Shown: in pieces, positions 39,026 to 52,714 of the stretch
Layout of the letters: the number at the start of each line of letters is the position of its first letter
Position numbering within the stretch: the first letter of the stretch is position 1
Assembly (NCBI RefSeq): GCF_036321535.1
Contig: NC_087437.1
Location: forward strand, 36,024,001 to 36,088,000
Length of the DNA stretch: 64,000 nt
Direction of reading: 5' to 3'
From: Camelus dromedarius
Taxonomy: Eukaryota
The notes under the pieces: generated by a model
What the model was told of the DNA's origin: nothing
What the model saw: only the letters and a program-made list of their open reading frames with translations
Database searches by the model: none
Program-made: the position numbers and the translations under genes

Positions 39026-39289
39026 ATTAAGAATTATTAAATATATGTGAAAACATTATTTCAATTACTATAATATTTGTGATACAGAATTTATATGTGA
39101 GCTTGATGTAATATACATGAAATAGCAGTTTCACTAAAGGCCTACCACATATCTCAGGCTAAGGTTAAAGACCTAAAGTACCTTATGATATCTCTAATAT
39201 GGAATTCTCAGGTTACTGTTATTATTTACCTATTTCCCCTTATACTTTGAGAACTTTTTGTTATCATAGCACTTACTTTAGTGACAGAC

Positions 39290-39695
39290 ATGGAAATGAT
39301 GCTCAAAAATTATCTCCCCTGAGCCTAGTGAATTGGTGAAAGCTGGGACAATTAGTCCTTTCCTTGGGATTTTAGAAATTGGGATAAAATCAAATTAATT
39401 CCTCTCTAGTGATAGAGCCCATATATTTTAAAATTTAGATATTATCAATGTCTGCTTCTCACTATGTAGAGAAAATTTTTAATATGAAAAAAACCCAAAA
39501 ACAAACAAAAAATGCAGGTAAGACAAGAGACATTAGTCCTAACAGCATTCTTTTGGTTTTTGTTGCTGATGCTTAGTTACATTTTCTAGCATTCCTGTAG
39601 GTCTGTTGCAAAAGCTATTCTATGAGCCAGTGTAATATTCTTATCTTAAGGCTGCTTTGAGTTAGATTTCTGTCAGTAGAGAACAAAGAAATACT
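39290..39695 (+). mobile_element. Old MaLR LTR remnant (MLT1K/L-like)
   Basis: gtcctttccttgggatttt...tatgagcca...tttgagttagatttctgtca. Confidence 0.5.
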
Positions 39696-39939
39696 TTTCA
39701 CATGAATAATAAAAAAGTTTTTATCAATGAATTAAAAATGGAATACAGATATATAAAATAATAAGCCATATAGTATTAGAAAAATAACAATGTTCTAAAA
39801 TTCTCAATCATATTTACAAAGTTCTAGAAATAGTTACTCAAAAGGTAATATTAAAAATTATGTATAGTTACTGAGATGGTATTTCAAAATATTTAGAGAT
39901 GATTTGAAAACATAAATGTAATCATTAACCTAATTTAAA

Positions 39940-40900
39940 TTAGGATATATTTTAAGAAACAACAAAACAGCATGCAGACAAAATCCAGATTACATAACTA
40001 GTTGTAACAAACAATAGAAACAAAGACCTATAAAAAATCAGTCATAAAATAAAAATGATAGTAAACTAAAAAATTACTGTAACAACTTTTGGGGGTTTTA
40101 TTATATTATTATAAAATCTATGAGATCAAAAATTAGAAGTGTGAGAAATCTCAAAAATAATTTTTTGTAAAAACAAAAAGGAAAAAGGACAGAAATCTCA
40201 CAAATCACAAAGTGTGTTACATAACTAGCAGATTAGTAAATTAGAGTTAAGCAAAGATGGCAATATCAATCCAAACAAGAAGATATAAAGACAAAATACA
40301 TTAAATCAAAGAGCGTAATTACAATTTGATAGCCAATAAAATCTGCAGTGAAATTTTAAAAACTCTGACCCTCTTTTCCAGATTAAAATGGCATGCATGT
40401 TTTTAAGAAAAGCTACTCCAATTGAAGCCAAGTAGAAGGATTGTTTTCTGCTTTGTTTTGATTTTTACATTTCCATAAGACTCTCAGGCTGAGGTTTCTC
40501 TACAGTATGTCAAAATATCCAGTACTAAGCAGATAACTCATAAGGATATTTTGTTTTTTAAATTATGGGAAGATTCAAATTAATACATATGGAAAATACA
40601 AATTAAACAAATGCAAGTAAAAAGAAATTCACAAGGTCAAAAATGATGTAATTTAAACTAGAAATCAGTATAGTAGGCCATAGGACCTGTACCTAAACTT
40701 GAGTAAGATGAGTACTGCTAGTTCATCTTCTACCATGGGGTACTCACAGGGCAGTAAACAACAGTGAGCCTTTCATTGCTATTGGCTCTAGGTGACCTGT
40801 TTTGCACACAGTTTGATACATCTCTGTAGGGAATGAACTGTCTGAACTTTCTCGCTCCCAATCATCAAACTTACCCTAGAGAAAGATTTAAAGAAAATAA
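39940..40900 (+). mobile_element. Old L1M remnant
   Basis: A-rich degenerate ORF2-like sequence including aaactagaaatcagta. Confidence 0.5.
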
Positions 40901-41261
40901 GGACTATTAGAAGATTTAGGAACACTTTATAAACATCGTATTATATGTGCTTGCTTTTAAAAAAGGTACTAAAGTGAAATGAATAATGATACTAATTTAG
41001 GTTAGCTTGTTGCTTCTTTGTATATGAACAATGATTTGGCTTTCCATAGTTTATATCTAATAAGTAGAGTTTATTCTCTTGTTCTAAGTAACTAAGTAGT
41101 GTTTAATTTGATGACTAGTTTCTACTCAGTTTATAATTTTTCCAGGAATTTCAAAACAAAATGATAAATAAGGACATTAATTGTTTGAGGTTATTATACA
41201 AGTCAACATTGTTTATTTTAAATTAGTTCCTTGTATATATTGGGTTCCATATCTTTATTTC

Positions 41262-41610
41262 TGTCTTAGTCTGTTTGGGTTGCCATAACAAAACCATAGA
41301 CTGGGTGGCTTTTAAAGAACAGAAATTAATTTCTCACAGTTCTGGCTAATGAGAAGTCCAGGATCAAGGCACCAACAGGTTCCATACCTGGTGAGGTCTG
41401 CTTCCTGGTTCATTCGCAATCATCTTTTCGCTTTCATACATACATGGCAGAAAAGACCAGGAAACCTTCTAGGGTATCTTTTATTAGGGCACTAACCCCT
41501 TTCATGAATTTTCTACCCTCATGACCTAATAACCTGCCAAAGGTCCTACCTCCTAGTACCATCACATTGGGAGTTAGGATTTCACTATACCAAATTTGGG
41601 GAGACATAAC
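41262..41610 (-). mobile_element. MaLR LTR (MLT1A-like)
   Basis: tgtcttagtctgtttgggttgccataacaaaaccatagactgggtggct...aaatttggggagacat. Confidence 0.85.
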
Positions 41611-41768
41611 TGTGGATGTGCACGTGTTGAATCCACACGTATGGAAACTGCAGATACAGAGGGCTAACTGAACTATGCCATTTTACATAAGGTACTTGAG
41701 CATCCATGGATTTTATTATCCATGGGGGTCCTGGACTAATCTGCTGAGGATACCAAGGGGTGACTATA
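41611..41768. mobile_element. MER2/Tigger-type DNA transposon end
   Basis: gatacagagggctaactg...acttgagcatccatggatttt...ggataccaaggggtgactata. Confidence 0.8.
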
Positions 41769-42029
41769 ATTTCCATTGTATAAATATCCTTTCATATTGC
41801 ACAACATACCTGAAAATGTATCATTAGTTTTTAATTGCATTTCTATTATTAAAAAATTTCCAAGATACCACAGTTTACTCTCAAAGTCACAATTAATACT
41901 TTCAAAAAATCTATTCTCCCTTATTCCTTATAAATTATATCTAGAAGGCATTATTAATAAAACATTTACAAACACTTTTGAAAGCCCATTTAAAATAACT
42001 TTATGACATGAAAGTTAAATCTTGAAAAA

Positions 42030-42370
42030 TAAACACTGGTAAAAGACATTGGGATTATTGGGAAATATGGACTATGTATCAAATGATGATATAGTATTAA
42101 TGTTAAATTCTTGAGTGTGATTATTGTACTGTGGTTATGTAGGAGAAACTTCTTGTTTTACTAGTGATTAATGTTAAAGTATTTAGGAGTCAAGTGTTAT
42201 ATCTACAAATAATACTCATAATTAATTCTCAAAAGATGTACATACAGTGGTAGGGGGGAGAGAGAGAGAAATGTTAACAGTCAGTGAGCGTTTTGGGGAG
42301 CATATAGATTGCTGTTTTGTTCTTTTATTATTCTTGCAACTGTCCAAAATAAAGTTGATGAAAAAAGGAA
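42030..42370 (+). mobile_element. L1ME/MC 3' end remnant
   Basis: aatatggactatgtat...aatgttaaattcttgagtgtgattattgtactgtggttatgtaggaga. Confidence 0.7.
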
Positions 42371-42639
42371 AGGCAAAAATATTTTCCATTGATTCCAGCA
42401 CATGCTTTGTTTCACAACATATGGATGATGGTGATGATTATGATGGTGCTAGAAATAAAGTTCCATTATGATTCTGTAGTTCTGCTTCTATTTGTAAAAT
42501 GCTTGCATGAGTAAAACTCTTTATTTTCATATGAAACACCTAATTAAAGAACAGAATACAATAACCATCACTGATGGAAGATCTGTCCTTCCAGGTATTT
42601 TTTACATGTGTGAATGTATCTATTCCTTTTTAATGTTAG

Positions 42640-42810
42640 TAATGCTGTGAAGTGTAGGTATACTTAGGTTACTTCTTTTTAAAATATGAGGAAGATGAGA
42701 CTAAAATAACTAAGTAGCTAAAGTTACAATGTTAATAAGCAGTAGAACCTAAAATTAAAGCCAGTTCAATTAGATTCCTAAAGCTTAGAGTCTCTGTACT
42801 GCTTCAAAAA
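42640..42810 (-). mobile_element. MIR remnant
   Basis: ctgtgaagtgtaggta...atgaggaagatgagact resembles the MIR core. Confidence 0.5.
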
Positions 42811-43550
42811 AGAAATAAATTTGCACTTTCCAGAAGCTGATGTACTCTGCTGGTTAGTGATCAGGTAGGAGAGGAATGTCGGCCCGCGGAATTCTGGTTC
42901 TTCTACTATTTTTCCTAGCAGTGATATTTCTGAGGAGACCAACTCATAACATATGTATTTTCAAATAGTTGGCCTAGTTATATTTTCGTAAAGTTTATCT
43001 TATTTTTCGCAAACACCTTGGAGGGTAATCAAATGGTTTTATAATTTCTATTGTATTCTCAAAAGTGCCTATATATAGACTGATAAAACAATACTCAGTT
43101 TGGAGTGTTGGCATATTCATTCACATGATGGCTTTTGCCACATTTAAAGCAAGAGGACATAACAGAAATACCCCATTTGTATGGCAGTCACAGTAGTTAC
43201 GTGGATTTCCAAGCGTTTGTTTCGGCCACGCAGAATTTTATTGGGTATGAAAGCAGCTGTCTCAAGGGTTAGAAGAGATAGTCACTGTCCAATTCATTAG
43301 CTCCCTATAATCAGAACTTCAGTCACCATATAAATCAGTTATGAAGACAGAGTCCTTTAAAATGATGCTTGAGAACACTGGACTTAATCTCTATAAATCT
43401 GTTTTGGTCAATTCTGTAAAATCTTCAGGTTCTTTACTCATATGAGAAACTCATATGAAAAAAATAACATGAAAGATTTGAAATGAATGTGATGTAGTAC
43501 CCATTTAGTTCTTTTGTCGTTTGATACATACTCATTAGTATTTTTATTAG

Positions 43551-46500
43551 TTTTATTGAGATATAACTGATATATGGCACTGTACAAGTTTAAGGTGTAC
43601 AGCATAATGATTTGAATTACATATATTGTGAAACGATTACCATGATATGTTTAACATCCATCATCTCATATAGACAAAAAAAAGGTTTTTTCCTTGTGAT
43701 GAGGACTCAGGATCTACTCTCCACAACTTTGAAATATACTGTGTAGCCATGCTACCTAGAGTCATGATGATGTATATTACATGCCTAGTGTTTATGTATC
43801 TTATAACCGGAAGTTTATACTTTTTGACCAACTTCATTTAATTTTCCTACCCACCACCCTCACCTCTGGTAAACACAAGTCTGATCTGTTTTTCAATGAG
43901 TTAGGTTTTGTTTTGTTTTGGGTTTTTTTGTTATCTAGGTTTTTTCATTTGGGTTTTTTGCACATGTAAGTGAGGTCGTACAGTATTTCTTTTACTCTGA
44001 CTTATGTCAGCATAATACTCAAGGTTTATTCATATTTTCACAAAGGGCAGGTTTCCTTTCTATGGCTGAATAGTATTCCATCTTGTGTGTATGTGTGTGT
44101 GTATGTAAATAGAATGAGAGACTGAAAAACTAATGCTACTGTGAACAGGCAGGTACAGATATCTCCTTTTCATAGTATTTTCATTTCCTTTGCATATATT
44201 TCCCAGAAGTGAAATGGCTTATCATATGGTAGTACTGTTTTTAATTTTTTTGAAGAACCACCATACTGTTCTCCATAGTGGCTATACCAACGTACAGTCC
44301 CAATAACAGCGCATCAGCATTGTTTTCTCCACATTCTTCATAGCATTTGAAATCTCTTGTCTTTTTGGTGATAGTCATTCTAACAGATACGAGGAGATAT
44401 CTCATTGTGGTTTTGATTTGCATTTTCCTAATGAATAGTGATACTGAATACATTTTCATGTACCTGTTGGCCATTTGTGTATCTTCTTTGGAAAAATGTC
44501 TAATCAGGTCCTTGCCCACTTTTTCACTGGATTATTTTATTTTTTGCATGAAGTTGTATGAGTTTTCATTTTGTTGATTCTTTTGCTGAGCAGAAGCTTT
44601 TTATTTGGATGTAGTCCCACTTGTTTGTTTTTTGTTTTGTTGCTGTGCTTTTAGGTGTCATATGTAAAAAAAAAACAATAATAATTGCCAGGACCCATGT
44701 CAAGAATCCTTTTTATCTATGTTTTCTTCTAGGAGTTAACATGGTTTACAATGTTATATTTGTCTTGAATTCATTTTGTGAGTGGTATAAGATAGGAATC
44801 TAATTTCATTCTTTTACATGTGAAGATCCAGTTATTTCCAGCACCATTTATTGAAGAGTCTGTCTTTACTGAGTATTCTAGACTCCCTTGTCAAATATTA
44901 TTTGACCGTATACATATTGGTTTATTTCTGGACTATCATTACGTTCTATGTGTTAGTTTTTATACCAGTGTCATACTGTTTTAATTACTATACCTTTATA
45001 CTAATATAACTTGAAACCAGGAAGCATGATCCTTCTCATTCTATTCTTTCTCAAGAATGCTTGGCTATTCTGGGTCTTTTGTGGTTCCATATAAATTTTA
45101 GATTTTTTTGGTCTGCTTCTGAAATAACTGACATTGGATTTTGGTAGGGATTGCATTGAATCTATAGGTTGCTTTGGGTAGCATGGTTATTTTAACAATA
45201 GTAATTTTTCTAATCCATGAAAATGGGTATCTTTTCATTTATTTGTGTCATATTCAGTTTCTTTGATCAATATCTTAGTTTTTCACATAGCAATCATTCA
45301 CCTCCTTTGTTAAATTTATTCCTAAATATTTCGTTGTTTTTGATGCTATTGTACATAGGAAATTTTTTTATTTGCTTCTTTTTTAGGTAATTTGTTGTTA
45401 GTGTACAGAAATGCCTACTGATTTTTTTATGTTAATTTTTTAGCCTCCAGTTTTACTAAATTCAGATTATATTCAATAGTTTTTTAGTGAAGTCTTTAAG
45501 ATTTTCTTATATAAAATCATGCTATCTACAAATAGCATTATTTTTCTTTTCCCTTTTCAATTCTGATGCCTTTTCTTTCTTTTTTCCTGATTGTTCTGGC
45601 TATGACTTTCACTAATAGGCTGAACAGGAGTAGTGAAAGAGGCTGCCTTTTGTCTTATCCTTAGTGGAAAATCTTTCAGCCTTTCACCATTCAGTATGTT
45701 AGCTATGGGCTTACCATATATGGCTTTTGTTATATTGAGATACAATCCATCTATACCTAATTTGTTAAGAGGTTTTTATCAGAAACAGATACTGCATTTT
45801 GTCATATTTTTTTCTCCATCTATTGAGATAATCATTTGAGTTTTTTCTTTTATTAATGTGAAATAACACATTTATTGATATGTGAGTTTTGAACCATCCA
45901 TGTATCCAGGGATAAATCCCACTTGTTGATGGCAAATGACCCTCTTAGTATATTGCTAAATTTAGGTTGCTAGTATTTTATTGAGAATTTTCGCATCTAT
46001 ATTCATCAGGAATAAGTTTTCTTTTCTTTTGTGCTAGCCTAGTAAAATGAGTTTGGGAATGTTCTCTCCTCTTTGATATTTTGGATTGGGTTGAGAATAT
46101 TAGTGTTAATTTCTCTACAAATGTTTGGTGGCATTCACCAGTGAAGCTGGCTCTGGACTTTTGTTTGTTGGGGAAATTTTGATTACCAGTTAAATCTCCT
46201 AACTGGTAATTTAGTCTGTTTACATTTTGTCTATTTCTTCCTGATTCAGTCTTGGCATACTGTATCTTTGTAAGAACTTTTATATTTCTTGTAGGTTGTC
46301 CAATTTGTTGATCTGCATTTGGTCACAGTAGCCTCTTAGGATCATTTGTATTTCTGTACTATCAGTTGCAATGGCTCCTTTTTCATTTATAATTTTTTTT
46401 TGATTTGAGTCCTCTTATTTTTTTCCTTGTTTAGTCTAGTTAAGTTTGTCAATTTCCTTTTGTCAAAGAACCAACTCTTAGTTTGGTTAATCTTTTATAA

Positions 46501-49500
46501 TGTTTTTCTGTTCTCTATTTCTCTTATTTCTGCTCTAATTTTTATTGTTTTTTTTTCCTTCTAATTTTGGGCTCATTTTGTTCTTCTTTTTCTAGTTTCT
46601 GGAGGCATAGAGTTAGGTTTATTTGAGATGTCCCCTATTTCTCAGTGTAGGCATTTATAACTATGAACTTCTCCTCTTTGAACTACTTTCACTGTATCTC
46701 ATAAGTTTTGGAGTGTTGTGTTACTATTTTCATTTGTCTCAAGACACTGTTTAATCTCCCCTTTAATTTCTTCTTTGGCCCATTAGTTTCCAGAGGAGAA
46801 TTATCTAATATCTATGTATTACTGAGTTTTCCATTTTTTCCTCCTATTACTGATTTTTAGTTTCATACTATTGTGGTCAGAGAAGATATTTGGTATGATT
46901 TCAATCTTGAATATGCTAAGATTAGTTTCCTGGCCTAACATAGAATCTATCACAGAAAATATTTCATCTTTTCTTGTTTCATCTTTTCACTCTGTCTATG
47001 TGTATCTTTATAGCTAAAGTGAGGCTCTTTTAGGAAGCACATACAGAGATTTTTTTTTATCCATTCATTTGTCCTATATCATTTTTTTATATGTTTTGAT
47101 TGGAGAATTTAATCTATTTATATTTAATGCAACTATTGATAGGTAAGTATTTATTGTTTCTGGGTGTTTTATAGATCTATTGTCCCTTGCTTCTTATCTT
47201 TATGTCCTTTATTTGTGTGTTATCATGTCTTTGTGTATCAGAATACTTTATAATTTTCTTTTGTATAGTTACTATAGGTTTTTCTTGTGGTTGCCATGAG
47301 GTTTACCCAAAATATCTAAACTTATTACAGCCTATTTTAAACTGAAAACTTCAATAGAATTTCTAAACTTTACACTTTTATTTCTCCTCCCTCTCACATT
47401 TAGGTTATTAATGCTATACTTTAATTATTTTACATTTTGTGTCCAATAATATATCATTATAGTTATGTTATTTTTACTACAGTTGATTTTTGGCTTTTAT
47501 ATACCTATTTATTTATTTAACAATATATTTACCATTACCAGTGAGTTTTATACTACCTTCTTTCTCCTATGATTTAATTAACATCCTCTTACTTCTTCTC
47601 AAAGAGCTTGCTTTAACATTTCTTGTCAGGCAGGTCTGGTGGTGATGAATTCCCTCAGCTTTTGTTTTTTCAGGCAAATCCTTATCTCCCTTTTATCTCA
47701 AGGACAGCTTATTGGGTATAGAATTTTGGTTTTTTTTTTTTTTTCTTTTAATGTTTTGAATACATAATGCCATTCTCTCCTGGCCTGAAAAGTCTCTGTT
47801 GAGAAATCTACTTAAAGTCTTATGGGTGTTCCCTTCTGTGTAATTTCTCTCTTTCCTCTTGTTGCTTCCATGTTCTTTCTTTGTCTTTGCATTTTAATAG
47901 TTTAATTCAAATGTGTCTCAGTGTTGCTCTATTTGGAATCAACCTATTTGGAGCCTTTGGGTCTCGTATATCTAGATGTCCATTTCTCTCCTCAGGTTTG
48001 GGAAGTTTTTAGCTGCTATTGCTTTAAATATACTTTCTATCCTTCTCTTTCTTTTCTCCCGGATGATCCATAAAGCAGATATTATTTCTTTTGGTTGGGT
48101 CCTATAAGGCTTTCTTCACTCTTTTTAAATTTTTTTTTTCTTTTTGCACTTCTGACTGGTAATTTCAAATGCCTTGTCTTCTAGGTAACTGATTTTTTTT
48201 CCTTCTACATTTCAAGTCTGCTTTTGAAGATCTCTTTTGAATTCTTCAGTTTATTATTGCATTTTTCAACTCTAGGATTTCTGTGGGTTTTTTAGGATTT
48301 CAGTTTCTTTGTTGAACTCAATTTATTCATGAGTTGCTTTCCTAATTTCATTTAGTTGTTTGTGTGTTCTTATGGTTCACTAAACTTTAAGAAGATTATG
48401 CTAAATTTTTGACAGTGTATATATCTTTATTTCTTTAGTGTTACTTATAGGAGATTTAATAGTTTCCTTTGGTGCAATGTTTACCTAGTTTTTGTTACCC
48501 TGTCATTACTTTAATATCTACTCATTTGAGTAAGAACTCTCTTTTTTTCAGACTTTATAAGTTCACATTGGCAGAGGTAGTTCTTCACTTGTCCACTCAG
48601 TCTGGAGGATATCTCTTTCAGGATACACTTACTGTGATGTCCTTGGGCAGGTGGGCTTGCTATCAGGGTCTATTTTTGGCTGAGGCCGCTGCCTGAGCTC
48701 TGAGGTTTGATAGGGAGGTACCACGGACTTAGAACAGTTGGATAGGACCACTGACTTGATTCCCTGCCCATATGAGGCTGCAAGAGAGATTCCATAGTTG
48801 TCTGGGTTCTCTAGTCAGGCTTCCCAGATGGTCAGTATTGAGTATTATAGTCAGCAGTAGGCAGGGCTTTGAATTAGCTCCCTTGCTTTGTTAGGGTAGT
48901 AGAAAGTGTCCTAGTGCCTGCATGGCTCATTGTTTGAAAACATGAATCAGGCAAGACTGTGTACTAAATTCACTAGTCAGAAGGTGCCACCTGTTTTGTT
49001 CTGCAGATGAGTTAAACAATAGACTGTGTTCTCTGTTCAAGTGCCCCTGTATGCAGGGCTGTTGGTGAGCTACACAGCTTCTTGTGTGCTCTGGTGTGGT
49101 ATCCAGTTCAGCAATGGGCAGGACGACAAGTTAGTCTCCTACCCAGGCTGAGTTTGAGAACAGACCCCAAGACTGGCAAGGCTCTTTTTTTTTGTGGTTT
49201 TGACTCAAGCCTACCTACTCCCCAGGTTCCCTGACTGAACCACTGGATTTTCTCTGGATAATCAGATCTATCTGTCAGACTTTCTGCTTGAATGTTGCTG
49301 TGCTATGCAGCTTGTAGGTGTTCTGGCCAGGTTCTCTGGTCAGGCATGGCTTAGGGATATACTTAGCAGTGGGAGTGGCTATGAATTAGCTACGCTGCCT
49401 GCGTAAGGGAAGACTCCAGGCTCCAGACCAGTTAGGTTCTTCATTGAGGACCCAAAGCAGGCAAACCCGCACCCTGCTGAGTTCCCTGGTCAACTTGCAC

Positions 49501-50031
49501 CACTGTCTTGGCTTTGCAGATGAGCAAAGTTGCTGGTTGAGACTACTACGTGGGCACTGCAGGTATAAACTCAGTCTGCCAAAATCCAAGTGCTGGTTGT
49601 TGCAAGCCCTCTCCACCTCTCCTTCACAATCTAATTCCCAATGATCAGCCCTGCAGATTCCCCCACAAACCCTGTGGGGTGAGTCTGGATTAGGGGCTCC
49701 CAAAAAGGGACTCACAGTGCTTAGGAGCTGCCTGTCCAGCTTGAGTCCTCTATTCTCTCACTGGAGTAACTGTAGGCTCAGGGAGATCAGTCCATATAGT
49801 GCTGCTCTAGGCTAGGGAAGGGCCAATTTTGTCAGCATGTTGCCACTCCTTTACCCTTCTAATGCAGTCTGTCTTGATCTCTGAGGTACTAGAGGATGCT
49901 CCAGCCTCACCCTCTTGTTATAGGATTTTCTCAGTGATGTCTTGTTCATGAATGGTTATTAGTTGTTCCACTTGTGATGGGGAACAAAGTCAGGAATGAC
50001 CTATGTCACCATTTTGGTGACATCATTTCTC
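43551..50031 (-). mobile_element. Near full-length degraded LINE-1 (L1MA-like, Laurasiatherian type) with internal deletions
   Basis: Collinear 3' UTR, ORF2 (RHFSKEDTQMANRYMK...TTMRY; IYGKPIANILNGERLKDFPLR), ORF1 region and a roughly 1.5-kb GC-richer 5' UTR. Flanked by the imperfect direct repeat tagtatttttattag / taatattttcattgg (43536-43550 and 50032-50046). Confidence 0.93.
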
Positions 50032-51819
50032 TAATATTTTCATTGGTTGGTGCTTCTTGCTGTGGTTAGATAATAAACATTAAACTCATTTTCATTAAAC
50101 ATACATGGCACATTTAGGTTAGAGGATTATTTTCATATTTTTTCTTTAGGATACAGTTCCCTATACATTGATTTTCATAATACAAGTATTTTATTAGTCC
50201 TTATGTAAGATATCCTACCTGGTTGCAATGTGAACAACATATCAAATATCACATAACAGAAAGAGCAAATCTTCCAAGACCATGACTGAATTCTTCATTC
50301 ATTCAGTCTTGATTTTCAGTTATTCTACTTTCACATACAAAGTAGGTTTTCACATACACAGCAAAAGATCCCTTTCAGAAGTACCTGGAAATAAGTAATT
50401 GCAAGGCAACTCTTTGAAAATATTAAGGCACTTCTTTTAAGACACAAATATGCGTAAGAACCTGAAAGGGACACTTATGCGAGTGTATTATTTAAATTGC
50501 AAAATCAACTTGCTATGTTCACCTACAAGCTTCCTAAATGAAACAGAGCCAAGTGTAGAGAAAAAAGGTACTTTAATAGTTCCATACTTTCTAGTCCTTC
50601 TCTTTTACTTCCTGGAGGAAATAGTAGTTCCCTTCTGTCTTTAACAAACAAGAAAAGAACAATAGCAAAACAAAAACAACAACAAAAACCCCATTATTTG
50701 CTTTCTAACCATGAGCCAATTCACCACAGAAAATTCTGACAGCATGTACAATAACCAAACAAACAAACAAAAAAAGCCTGGTGAGCATGCTTTAACTCTT
50801 CTGTGCACTCCTTCATTTAAAGTCATGACCTGTACTTCAAGATCAGAAACTAGACTTCAATGATTAGCTAAGTAGCATTGGAAACTAAGAGAGTAAGACT
50901 TGTGCTGTGTAAATTCTTGGAAGGACAGACAATGGGTCTCAAGAGTAGTGTCAGCTGACTGAGATTAGTATCAACATATTTGTGTGGGAAGATAATTGTA
51001 TCTGCTTTGGATACAAGAAGGGACAATGCAGTGTTCGTTAGCATTGCAACACCATCTTTGTGGTGTATGTGTTTTTTCAAAATACCCACCATTGGCTGTG
51101 GTATTTCCAATTAACTTCATAAACTCTTTTTTAAAAGTAAATTACACATATTTTAAAGTTGAAAACTGAATTACTAAAATGAATGAGATTAAAAAAATGA
51201 CTTCCAAAATAAAACTCTAAACATACACTAAATTAACATTGACAAAAATTGGATAGATGATAGAATAACCAAAGAAGTCAGGCAAGGCTCTCCTTTATTT
51301 GTACATTTAAATAACTATATAAAATAGAACATGTTCTGATAGAAATCTTAGGTTTACTACTGGAGGCATTCTAAATATAAAAGACTCTATCATCATCTCT
51401 TTTTAAATAATCTAAATTTAGATTCACATATCATTTTTGCTCCCTCAGTGATCACTTACAGTGCATCTCTTATTCTTTCATCATCATACTCTCCCTCCAC
51501 CCTCTGGTGGTTCAACCAGCTTAGCTTCATACAGGCAGAGTTACATGTAGTTTCCACAGATTGCACAGAATTAACTTGAGTGCTCTGAGCAGATGCTGCC
51601 AGCCAGGCTGGAGCTAAATTCTCATAACTCATCAATGTGCAGCTCTTTTGGAGAACAAGACTCCAGAGTGGTTTTCATGAAATCTTCCTCAACACATTTA
51701 TTTCACGGTAGTTCTTTCCAGTCTGTCTTCAGTATAAAAGTATATATGTATTTACTTTTCTATATTCAATATTATGGTGAAACATACATACACATACTAT
51801 TTTTATTCTCCCTTTTTTA

Positions 51820-52295
51820 CATGCCTACCTCATTTTATTTGGCTTTCTTTCATTATGCTTCACAGATACTGCATTTTTACAAATTGAAGGTTTGTGGCAG
51901 CCCTGCATTGAGCAAGGCTATTGGAGCTGTTTTTCCACATCATTTGCTCTCTCACTATGTGTCTCTGTGTCACACTGTGGTAATTTTCACAATATTTCAA
52001 ACTTTTTCATTATTATATTTGCTATAGTGATCTGTGATCAGTGGTCTTTGATATTATTGCTATGGCTCACTGAAGGCTGAGATGAGCATTTTTTTTAGCA
52101 ATAAAGTATTTTTAAATTTAGGCATGTACATTGTTTTTTAGATATAATGCTATTCATACTTAATAGACTACCATATAGTTTAAACATAACTTTGATATTT
52201 ACAGGAAAGCTAAAAAAAATGACACACTTTATTGCAATACTTGCTTTATTGTGGTAGTCTGGAACCAAGTCCACAACATCTCTGAGGAATGCCTT
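51820..52295 (+). mobile_element. Internally deleted Tigger1 derivative
   Basis: TA-flanked with degenerate TIRs (catgcctacctc / gaggaatgcctt). The Tigger1 left end (tttttacaaattgaaggtttgtggc) is fused to the right end (ttagcaataaagtattttt). Confidence 0.88.
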
Positions 52296-52339
52296 TACTT
52301 CATGTTGGTAAATATTACTTAAAACCTTGATTTTAGTAG

Positions 52340-52714
52340 TGTATTAACCAGCCTGAGCTGTCATAACAAAGTACCACAGATTAGATGGCTCAAGTAAAAG
52401 ACATCTATCCTCTCACAGTTCAGGAGACTGGGTGCTCAAGGTACCAGCAGGGTTGGTTGTTGGTGAGGCCTGTCTGTCTGGTTTTCAGATGGCCACCTTC
52501 TTCCTGTCCTCAAATGACCTTTCCCTACAGGCACACGTGGAAACAGATTAAGTGAGCTCTGGTGTTTTTATAAGGACAATAGTCCTAACAGATTAAGGCC
52601 CCACCCTTATTACCTTATTAAACCTTAATTACCTTCTTAAGACTCTATCTCTAAATACAATATTTCACACAAGACTTCACACAATTTGGGGGGAACACAA
52701 TTTATTCCATAACA
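52340..52714 (-). mobile_element. MaLR LTR (MLT1A/B-like)
   Basis: tgtattaacc...ataacaaagtaccacaga...aatttgggggggaacacaatttattccataaca. Confidence 0.82.

Noticed and set aside
51593..52027. Longest ORF in the track (144 aa)
   Set aside because: It runs through low-complexity sequence into the non-coding end of Tigger1, so it is a chance ORF.
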